Part shown: piece after piece, positions 35,001 through 47,000 of the stretch
Numbering within the stretch: position 1 is the stretch's first letter
How the letters are laid out: every line of letters starts with the position of its first letter
Origin: Phallusia mammillata
Lineage: Eukaryota
Assembly (NCBI GenBank): GCA_965637545.1
Contig: OZ281501.1
Span: 17,112,001 to 17,176,000, forward strand
Reading direction: 5' to 3'
DNA length: 64,000 bases
The notes under the pieces: generated by a model
What the model saw: only the letters and a program-made list of their open reading frames with translations
What the model was told of the DNA's origin: nothing
The model's database searches: none
Made by a program: the position numbers and the translations under genes

Positions 35001-38000
35001 GGCAAAGAAGCACAGTACAAAATCAATAAAAAAAAGATTATTTGAAGTTTTGTTTGTCACGAATCAAAAAACAGAAAACATAGTGCAAAAAGACACAAAT
35101 CGGCTGTACAGTAAATTATATTGTTAGAAGTGAACTGGATCGAATTTTCTTTTTCTGTTGTTCCTTTCTTTCCTTTTTGTGGTCTGGTGTGTCCTCTGCA
35201 TCATATCTCGGCAACTTATTTCCATGGTACACCAGCAGCTCAGTCTTTGCTTCGTTAGCAAACTTGGCCCAGAAGTATACACTCTGTCTATTACCCTCCC
35301 CATTGGTCACTACATAATTAAGCAAGGCCTTGAAGTCCACATCTTCATCGCCATCAGGGACAATCCTTGCTGTAATTTTCTTTAATGGATTAATGACTTT
35401 TATGAATTCAGTAGGAGTGTTGTTTATTTTGGAAAAACAAGCATAGGCCTCCACAAAAAATGTTTTTTTGTCATGGCTTTGAATGTCAACTTGTTTTGGG
35501 GCAGGGTCCTCACTGCCTTTGGAATCTGATTTATTGGTACCCTCATCAATTTTGGCAATCATGTTACTTGCACAAGTTTTTCTGTGTTGAATCCAATGCT
35601 TTATTTGGCAAGCCTGCGTGCAGTAAAACACAACATAACATTCCCCACATCGCCTAAGCTCTTTTGATGGTTGTTCGCAGAAGGCACACACTGCATTTTC
35701 TTTCTCTTCCCGAATTATACAAGATCGCATACATGTGTGTACTACTTTTCTTGTCTTGTCATCTTTTGCAAGGTCAAGAGAGTGCTTGCCATTTACCATA
35801 GCTTTAGGGTCTGCCCCATTCATAACCAGTAAGCGCATGCAGTCTCTGCTGCCACTTGCTGTCGCAATGTGAAAAGCAGTGGCTCCTGAATGGGCCTTTT
35901 TGTGAATATCTGCCCCATGTGTAATTAGTTCCTTTACAAAACGTATATCACCTCCTTGTCTGCAAGCAACCATCAGTGGCGTAAAACCTTCCAAAAGTGT
36001 GCCATAGTTAACGTCCACCTTTTTTTCAAGCAGGCGGGTAAATCCTTTGAAGTAACGTGCACCAATTATCCACTGAAGTGCAGTTCGGCCGTATACGTCA
36101 CGTGTATCTATGGTTTTTACATCCCGCCTTTCATCAGCGTAATTCTCGCAATAAGTGTCGAATATGCTCATAAAGGCATATGCATCCTGTTCAAGAGCCA
36201 TTATAGTAACAGTGTCCAAGTTAGACCTAAATGGCTGCACTTTGGGGTCAAAATCCTCAAGTCCATCCAGAATGTTGTCAGTTTTGAAGTTGTCCTTTTT
36301 CCGGTAATCTAAGTAGTCATACAAGTGGCCATGCAGGGGCTTTTCATACATTCTGTAGTAACTGGTTGTTTCAGACATTATAATGCCGTTGAAGCACACC
36401 AACACTTTGAAATGTGTTTTTGAACAGGAATTACAGTACACTAAGCACTATGAATCAAAAGTAAATGTAGTTACTTTTTGTTCACTAATACATCAGTGAA
36501 AACATTTATGTTAACACTGTCGCTACTCTAAATTAACAGATTGCATTTATCAAAATGTGTTAAAACTACAAAACAGCACACAAATTATTCAGTTTAAACT
36601 GACCACATTATCTAACATTTAACAAAAATATAAACGCAGTGCTAAAGTTTATTGCCACATTAAACTTCGTTGTATTTCACTGGAAGAAATGCTGCAGCAT
36701 TTATAATTTTCAGTTTACTGGACAGGTACATTTTAAAATTCCTTGTTAATCTTCTAAAACAAAATAGCCAATTTAGTTTGCGTAGTACACAATATCTCAA
36801 ATTCAACGCTGTACTAATCTGCTGTGCCCAAATCTAAAAAGCGTGCACAAACACAATCTAAACCTTAGCTGTTATCAAACTTAAACTAGTTCCTGTTTTT
36901 CAGCACTTGTCGGCTGACGCACTGAAGCGTGAACGTGTTCAAACATGCGTGACGAGAAAGTACCTAAAAAAATAAACTCTTTATAAAGCAGGTTTAAAAA
37001 AGCAAATGCTTCCCACTTTTTTCAATAATTATTCACAAAAATATTCTTATAATTGCTACATAAGTTGCGTGTGTTGTTTTATGTTTTCTATTGTTTCGGC
37101 GTGATGAAAAAGCGTTTAGAACGTTACATACGCAGAGCCTATAAATAGACCTACCTATTCACTACAACATGATTTCGTGTGTGACAATTGTACTCAGTAA
37201 TCATCTCACACTTGTCAATACATGTATTTTGTCGCGTTAGCCTGACAAGTACAGGATGTATATCATGTCAGTCCTAGGTAATGTTATGAAATACGGTTTC
37301 TTCTGAAGGCGTTAATGTATTCCGAACCTGAAATTCCGTTTTTAGTTGTGTGCTCATGTGAAGCCAGGTAAAACGTTTCGTAGTGCGAGTCTCCATTAAG
37401 CGATTAGGTCAGTTCGGCCTATAAGTGGTAGGCTTCTCTCCAGAAAGCATTGGACTGTACGTGTAATTGAGTTATAATTCGTTTGTTGGCTTGTAGGCTC
37501 ATGGCAAAAATATATACGTTTGGATATATTGTTTTTTGTTTCAGACATTAGCAGTGTGAAAGTTGTAACCGCAACTGCAAGCTTTTTAGCCAAAAACGGT
37601 TTGCCAAACAAAAAGTACAAAATATTATAAAGTTAGGCGGAAATACTGCAAGTTTTGATCAGCCTTATACATACATGTGTTGTAAAACTGCGTTTGACTT
37701 GTTTTTATTTAACAAAGTGTTCAAAGTCATATTCGTTGTTGCTGTATCCCTATTCTTTGTAAATTCGAAGAACTCTGATTGAGAAAGTGACTTGTAAGAC
37801 TTTTTTCTTGTTGCTGTTTACATTGGTGTACTGCCGACTTTTGTTTCTGGCACCCAGGTATTATGTTCTAGTAACAAAATTCGATACGCAGCGCCTTTGT
37901 AGTGAGCTATGCCGTCGTGTATCATCATTATTACTGCCTGAATAATTTGTCATTCATCCATGCCCGAACAGAACTGTTTTCTTAGCTGGCCGAGAGATAT

Positions 38001-41000
38001 GACTTGCTCAAAATGAAGTTTTAACTAGCTTTGTGGCAGTGATTTTAAAAATCTATTACAGGACGAATATATTTGCAAAATATTTCACTAAATTGGAATT
38101 GTTATCTAAGATATATGACAGTATTTTAATTGTTATCTAAAATATGTGACAAGATTTGTTATGACGCAGTTAAAACTGTTTGTAAGTTTATAACAGCAGG
38201 TATATTATGCGGTCGCACTTTGAGTAAAAATCAGAGCTGTACGTTACAAATGAACAGGTGTAACTAGTATAATTAACATTATTTCCGTTGGTTGCATGTA
38301 CTTTAGCTTGTAGGTGAAGGTGAACATTGTTGAATACTTTCACTCTGAAACTTTTGTATTGTTTACTGAACCTTCATTATGGGAGGGTGCTGCGGAAAAT
38401 CGAGCTCAGGTAAAATACGTCACACAGGCAGTAAAATCCTGGTGCTTTGTCCTTGAACAAAAGCTTTACGGCTCAACAGCACAATAAATTTTTTGGCAAA
38501 TACGTTTTTCTTTGTCTCTCCCTTGTCCCCCTGTTTACTCGTCTGTCGATGGAAATAGCTCTCTGCCTACGTGCGAAGGGCCTGGAAAATTTTCTACCCC
38601 TGAAAGTTTGTATGTAGGTACCAAGAACCCTATTAGGTAGTTTTATATATACTGCCATAAAAATATACGGCTATCCTTTGGCTTTGGCTGTTTGTAATAT
38701 CAAAATATTTCAATATATTACGCGTTTAATATTGTATGCGTTGTTTTCGAATAAACATGTTTTACGATTCACGCCCATCACGTGACAGTGCTTTCCAATC
38801 ACGTGATTTCAAAATACGATTAAACAACAACAGGCACATATGGCTGCTTCACATGTTAAACCAATTCGGTTGCACCATGTTAAAATTTGATAATATATAT
38901 TGAACGCTCTTTGGGAATACAATATGATATCAATGTTTAATAAACTAACTTTCGAAGTTTCGATTTCCAAAGCTGTTGGCAGACCACTCAAAATATGAAA
39001 AAAAAAACATAAAATTGTGACAAAAACTGGATAAATTATGTGTTATTTGAGCAATTCATTTCGTGTATTGTTGGTAAAATGGTACCGTTAGCGTTTTAGA
39101 CATGCGTCACTAAAATGACAAATTTGTCATGGCACCGTTTCTCGTTCTCATGTCAATCATAGAAATATTAAATCACATGTAATTCCATGTACAACCTAAT
39201 TATTCTAAGATGATTGTTTTTATTTAGCAAAATCTTTTTAAGTAGTGTTATCAATTCTTAAAAGCATTTTGTGTAAGATAGAAACGCTACCAACGAACTA
39301 CCGTTTTTTTACGAATGATATTTTTGTGTTTTAGGAAAGGCGAGAGAGTTCGACCCGGATTTCAAGGGTCCTATGAAAAACAGGTCGTGCACGGATATCT
39401 TGTGCTGCCTGCTGTTCTTTGTCTTCATACTCGGATACATTGTCATCGGAATATTTGGTGGGTTGGAATAATCTAACTTAAAATAAATTTATTTTCCGAA
39501 AATGCCCAAACCTGATAGAATATATGTTTTTGTTGTTATCGTCAGTGGTTGGATTTCAATTTTTTGTCAGCCGGTTCTATCACAAAAGTCATATTTTTCA
39601 GCCGGTTCTTTTACAAAAAGTCCTTTGGCAGTAACCAGTAATGCTAACCAGTTCGCTGATCTCATAAAATTTCGTAAGGCGGTTCTATAGAACCGGTGCG
39701 AACCGGCTGAATTCCACCACTGGTTATAGTGCTGTATACACACACGTTTTTGAAAGCATTGTGAAAAATGTGTGACTTTAAATGGAAAATGTAGTTACAA
39801 GACGACACATGTTTATGAGATATGTTTGACATTTCAACCAGCACCTTTGGTTATTCTCGCTCTTTTAAACCCTGTTACGAACTCAGAAACGAGATTTGGC
39901 GACTACGAAACTATACTAAGAGTTTATCTAAGAGGCTTGGGCCTAACCCTTTCCACTTTCGGTGAAATATTTTCCCATGGTGACAACGTTGTTTTTATTT
40001 TTAGCCTGGCTCAATGGCGACCCGATCATGTTGCTGTACCCCACTGACAACCAAGGAAGAATCTGTGGGGTTGATTACACCGACCTGAATTTACAGTAGG
40101 TCCAAGGTTGCTCAATTCTTGCTCTATGTAAGGTCTTATGGCCCACCGCTAATATGTTTTAATGCACAAAGGAAGGGATTTGGGCCCATCCGATTTAAAA
40201 AGTTTCGTTCTGTAAAAAACACAGATTTATTTACGTTTTATATAGGTGGGCTTTATTATCTGTCGGTAGCTTAGGTGTAAGATTGAAAATTAAGCTTAAG
40301 AAAATATTTTTGTTGCGAAATAAAATTGTTCAACTAAGCCAGTAAACATTTCGATCAAACATTCAAAATAATTTTCGAATTGCATTTTTCGAAAAATCCA
40401 AAAAATGTTCATTTGCAGTGCTGTAAAGGTCAACAATACCAGTAGGGAGTCGGTATTTTTTTAAACTACGGCTAGACCAAAATACAACATTCATGCATCT
40501 CAACATAAAATTAAAATATGAAGTTTTTAAGTGGATTGGGCCGTCTCTACCCAAGCAAAACAGGGTTTGGCCTCTCCGTTTATTTTTGTATTTCAAGTCG
40601 TCGTGACTCGACGCGTTGGGAAAACCCTCCCTAACTCTTTTGTTAAGTTGTTTGCTGAAAGGATAAAACACTGGGAGAGCTTGGTCTCGTCAAAACACAA
40701 TACTAAAACAACTTTTCGCTGAAGCGAAAGTTTTAAAAAAGCTCTTTAACGAACGTTCACAACGCCATGTCTTAAATAACCTATTTTGTGCTTCGATTTT
40801 AAACTCAAAAACTTTTCACCTTTTAATTTTTTCAGTCGCAATTAGGGTACTTTTGACAGAAACTGTCGGTAATGTAGTTAAGGAATGGTCACTAATTCGT
40901 GATTTTTAACCCAAGTATATGGTTTTCTAAACTTGTGTGCCATTTTTAGACCCTAAATAAACTCCTACATAATATTGTGTTAAATGCGCATGTACATTTT

Positions 41001-44000
41001 ACACTGAGTCTAAATCCTATAGCCTAATCAGTATTAGCGGGTTTTCACCTCAAAAACGTCTTTACATAGGCCAATAATGCATATTACTAGCATTGCGATA
41101 AACATAAGTTTTGTTGTAATTCAACACCAACACTTTAACCTATATTGTTCTTATAAAGACAAAAGCAAAACCTCTTCTACTTCGACATAACACAATGTGG
41201 GAATCCAGCTTCACTCATAGAGTTCCAATGTGCAACGACACAGGTAATAGCACATTGTTGTGTAATCCACATTCAAAGCAGTTGAAGCAAATATATCTAA
41301 GCAGTTTAAGATTGTTTTTTTGTAAAAGTTTTTTTTTCGAGGGGTTGAAGGGTGTTGTCATTTCGTATCCTTAACTACTACTTATGTTTTTTGGGGTTAA
41401 ATCAGCTAAAACGTTCAAAATTCTTTAATTAACCTGTAAATATTACATTGCAAAAGACCATGTTCATCAAAAAAGCATTCCACTATCAGTCATGAACAGA
41501 AAATCAATCAATACATAAACTAAAAAAATAATAAATAAGAAAAAAAAATAAGGGCTGTATAATATCTATGTTACTGCATGATACTATGTTCTAATCACAA
41601 GAGAACAAAAGTTTTTTTTATTAAAATGCAAAATATACGCCGTCTGATAAATTGACGGATTTACGCTTTTAACGTATGCAACCATTCATTGTAGATTTGC
41701 GTTCAAAGTTGCCCGAACGATACATGGACTTACATTCTGGACATACCCAAGATTGAGGCAGGAATACTGGCTGCCAATCTTGCTAATACTAGCCGAGAAG
41801 GAGCAGCTGTGCAAGCAGAGACGAATTTTTTCTTGGATTGGAGCAAATACATTTGTACATATGGCTTCAACGTCAGAAACGAATTCGTAAACAATAACAT
41901 TGTGAGTTCAAAACACCTAATACAAATTGTTTAATGCTTGTGATAGCAAACTTAGCAAGGTAAAGTTATGTGATCAGCTAGACCGATGCAGTTGTGGGAT
42001 TCATTTTTTTTTTTTCAGCCGGTTCTGTTACAAAAACTCCATTGACAGTAACCAGTAATGCTAAGCGGTTCGCTGATCTCATAGAATTTCGTGAGACAGT
42101 TCTATAGAACCGGTGCGAACCGGATCCCACCACTGGACTAGTGGCCAGTTATCGAAGACTACATGACAACTTGTTTTTTACAACTTTAAGGATTAAAATT
42201 CAAAGGGTGTATTTTGAAGTATCTGAATATTGAAAGATGAAACTAAACGGTTGCTATAGGTCCGCACTAAACAGATACGAAACATTTGCAGAAACCACAT
42301 GAAGCTGTGTTGGCTGGTAAATGTGCTCCCTACTACATGCCAATGACGCCTGTGGTCGGCCGGTGCATTCCCACAATCGTTAAGGACGCTGCGAACGAGC
42401 TGGCAACGTTAACAGATCAAGACGGTCTTACGGTTTCTGTGCCTATAGTGGTAAGACAAAGCATTGATATGTACATCCGAACATCCAGGCATTCATCTGA
42501 CACGTCCATCCTGATTTTACATGTTTTTTCTTTTTTTCAAACAATGTATGAATTAAATCAGATTTGCATAGTTTTAATAGCATGATTATTTAAGCCCAGT
42601 ACTGATCACTGTATTTTACAACACCAAAATGACTGATGGCTATCTCTTGAAATGCATTGTTTTTAACTTTGCATGTGTGGGACCCATGAGTTTCTGCCTA
42701 CGTAGGACCAAGCACATTAAATTTTCTCAAAAACATTAATTCATTTACATTTCAATAAAGGTTAGTGTCATTTACATTTCAGTAAAGTTGCTTGTTTTTT
42801 TTTGCAGGATGCAAACAACAACACTATCAATGGGACAACAGTAGACCTAGGTACCGTTGGCATCAAGCTATATTTGGAAGCTCGTCAAATTGCAGACAAA
42901 ATCTTTGCCGATGTTACAAGCTCTTGGTACTGGCTTCTCGCGTAAGTTTCCTGTGTCTTTTCTGTTTCATGACACGCATTGAAATCGCACATTTTCAAGC
43001 ATTTTGTTTTGATTCGGTATTGCGCCTTTAATATAGGCGGTTCACTCCTTCAATTTTTATGGTTTGTGTACAGGTCTCATAGTTATTGATAAGATCAACG
43101 CATAGTTAACCTTGTATTGCTTTGTACGCTATCAAATCATCTAACAACGATTTATCTTTTTGTAGACTGATTGGTATTTCAGCTGTAGTGGCATTCCTGT
43201 GGATCGTTATTATGCGATGGGTGGCTGGAATCATGGTTTGGGTAACGTTGATTGGAATTATCGCCGCTCTTACATTTGGAACTTGGTATTGCGCTGATGA
43301 ATACGTTGTAAGTATCTAAAAAGAATTCGTTCATATGTTTTGGTAAAAAAACATTGGTGATCAACTATCGCTATAACCAGTGGTGGGATTCAACTTTTTT
43401 GTCAGCCGGTTCTATTAAAAAAAGTGATATCTTCAGCGGGTTCTGTTACAAAAAGTCCATTGACAGTAACCAGCAATGCTAACCGGTTCGCTGATCTCAT
43501 AAAATTTCGTGAGATGGTTCTATATAACCGGTGCGAACTGGCTGAATCCAACCACTGACTATAACTCATGTGTAACATATATTTAAATACCAAGGACACC
43601 GAAAAATAATATCTAGAAAAAAAACGTTTTGTTTTTTGACAGCGTTTGTTGACTGTTCCTGGCGCTAACCAATCGCTCGTTAACGTTGGCTTGACGACCA
43701 ACTTGGACACATATCTCAGTCTAACTGACACCTGGCTGGCATTCGGTAAGAGAAAGGCTCGATTTTTCATGGCATTTAAACGCCCTGCCGTCTTGGTGAC
43801 CGAAGTGATTTTTTACCCAATTTTTGTTGTAACTACCATTGATTTTGCCAACTTTTTACCCCACGTACCAGGTATCTTAAATCTTATGGTAATAATGCCC
43901 GTCAATGAAATGTTAGCTAGTAAAGCTTTTTTAAAGCTACAAAAACATTATTTTGAGACTTTGTCGCAAAACATAGATGTTGGTAAATCACTTCTCAATT

Positions 44001-47000
44001 TAATAGTTAACGAAGTAACCGTAAATTTAAACTAATTTACTGTTTAATTTACAGCTATTATACTTGGGGTGATTGATCTCATCATCATTTTGGTTGTTCT
44101 CTTTCTTCGCAAAAGAATCCAGATTGCAATTCAAGTCATCCGACAAGCAAGCAAGTGGGTAACTCAGAAATCGGTGGCCCCGGCTGGTAAAAAGTCCTAA
44201 AAATTGTTTTGTCCATTGCGCTGTTTCGGGCCCCACCCCGGGTAGATATTTGTAGCACACTTTTTTGTGCCTTGAAAACGCACAGAACAAGGGTTTTTAA
44301 CCAAGGATGAAATGTCGAAACAATGGCTCTTTCAGCCCTAGTAAAAGTTAAAATACGGTTTAGAATATTTATTACATAACATACATAAAAAAGCACCCGA
44401 TGTGTTAAAAAACTTGTAGTTTAATTGTAGTTTGTTGTATATTTTACGACAATTATTTCAAATCGCTTAACTTCTGTCAGTTATCAGTAATAGGGTGAAA
44501 TGTTAAGAATCGCCTACTTGAACTGTTCGCTCTATAATTTGGCCTTTTACTGGTGTTATAAGAAAAACTGTAAGGATAAACTGTAAGCCTATACCAGTGT
44601 GCCATGATCGCTGGTCTGCATCGACGCTTCAGGGCTGATCCCAGCTGTTCATCTATTTTTGTAAGCATGCACTGCAGTTTTTGTAATATGGGGAACTCTT
44701 CTACAGTTGATTTTATCTATTTTTCCGACCAGTCCACTTATATATTTTTTCCTATTTTTTTAACAGGGCGATTGGTTACATGATCTCTACACTGTTTTAC
44801 CCACTTGTCACATTCCTCTTAGTTCTTATTGTTGTCTCCTTTTGGGCGGCAACAGCCCTCTTCCTGGCCTCAACCGGGGATCCGCAATACGTTGTGAGCG
44901 ATCAAACTAACGTATCAGGTTTAGAGGGAACAACCTGCAACGTTCTGGTGAGTCTATGGTGTGTTTTTTTACCTCACATCACTTGTTGAAGCTTCCAACG
45001 TGAGAGCTCAATTCAAAAAAAGTTTGCGAAATGCCGATGGGTGGCGCAAAGAGCAGTACGGAGTATTTAAAAGCAAAACTGATTGAAAATGCTGGCGGTT
45101 CGGGCTATTTGGGTGGGGTGAAGTTTCATAATGAACATAACAATATAACTAACGTAAAACTTTGTTCTTTAAGCTGAAACAACTGTGCTCTTTATGTCAT
45201 CTATCAAACTTTTAGTGATCTGAGTTCTCACGTTAATATCTCTAGCACTTAACAGAGCATTGGCATTTTTGGTGTTGATTATATTTTGTCCTGACCGTTT
45301 TACCGGGAAAATATAAGTCAATATACGCTTGTGTTCCATTTTCTGAGTCTTGTTATACGAGCCCATGTTATGCTCAGGAAACACGAATGAATACAAGTGT
45401 TGTCATTCATTTTCCTATTAAGACTTTATAAAACGTACCACATGTGGCTCTGGAACATTTAAAAACATTTAACGGTTCATATGGTATATTGCATTGCAGT
45501 AGGTTAAACAAAGTTCTGTTTTTTGACATTTAATACAGTAAAACCGAAAGACTGTAAATCCTTGGTTTAAACAGAATCAGTCGGTTTACAGTCTTTCGGT
45601 TTTACTGTATTAAAGTTCAAAAGGCAAACAGTGATCGTCAGTTTAAGACATGCTGTTGATGGTTTTGATCTATTACTAAAGTTATCGTTTTTTGACATGT
45701 TACGCTTAATTGTTTGATTTTACTTTGGCTTGTATAAATTGCAATTAACTCTTTTTTTCATGCAGGAATGGGCCAACTCTACTCATCAATATTATCTGAA
45801 CGATTCGATCAAGTGTGTCTTCCTTAACTATGGTGGAACCTCCCTGTAAGTTGTAAAAAAAATACGTTGTGCATAACTAAGGCTCCCCTTGCTTGGAAAA
45901 ACAATAGGTTAACATATCATATGGTCTATAGTGTATATCGGTGATTCTCAACCGCGACTCTCAGGGCCGCATGCGGCTCCCAACTACTTATTTTGCGGCT
46001 CACACCAGACCTAAAAAAATCACCAAAGATTGCTATTTTAGCTTTCAAGGTTATAATCTTTAGTGATTTTCTGAGCTCCTTACACACTAAAAAAGCTACC
46101 ATTTGGCCCTGTCAATAAAAAAGGTTGATAATCACTGCTGTATATGGTAAATCATTAAAAGGGATCTATAAAAAAGAATTTTGTAATATGTAGAAAAGCC
46201 ACCGTTTTGGTGAAGTGTTGCCTTTGTAAAGTACAGATTTATTAAAATTTTGTTAAAGTATTGTGTTGTCGAAATTTGAATAAAACAATCTGAATTGTTT
46301 TTCAAGTTAGTAAAATGTTTGGATTTCGTTTCAGTTTCCACCAGAATGTGATTTGGCTTCAAGTAATCGAAGCTTTCGGGATGCTCTGGATAATGAACTG
46401 GGTTCTGGCACTTGGGCAATGTTCCCTCGCAGGTAAATTGGTTTGTGATCCGAAAACGCCACATTTTCTCATTCCAATTTTTACTGCATTGATAAAAGTA
46501 ATATTACATCCACTTGGTGGCGATGCAGAGTTCAATTCAAAAAGTTCAAAAAAAAAATTTTTGGTGATGTCCAGTTTCACTGTGAATTTACAAAAGGTTA
46601 TAAGTAATCTAGCCTCTAGCAACTACCAGTTATCGAATTAAATTGCTATTAAAAGGTGAATCATGTTTAATAAGTGCTTCAAACTTTTCAGGTGCTTTTG
46701 CCTCCTACTACTGGGCTTTCAAAAAACCAGCTGACATTCCTTATCTTCCGCTCTACACAAGCTTTGGAAGAGCTCTAAGGTAAAACACTGTTTTGTGTAA
46801 AGCCATCAGCCTTTTGCTTGGACTGACTTGTTTGGCTATAAGTCCTAAATAGATAGCTTAACATTCGTGTATATGGAAAAGCACATTTAACATAGATCAA
46901 CGCAAGATAGATAAATGTCTACATAAATAGCATTCGTTGACGTATGATACACAGTATATACATAATTTTGATTGTGTTTCTCATTTTAGCATAGATAGAC

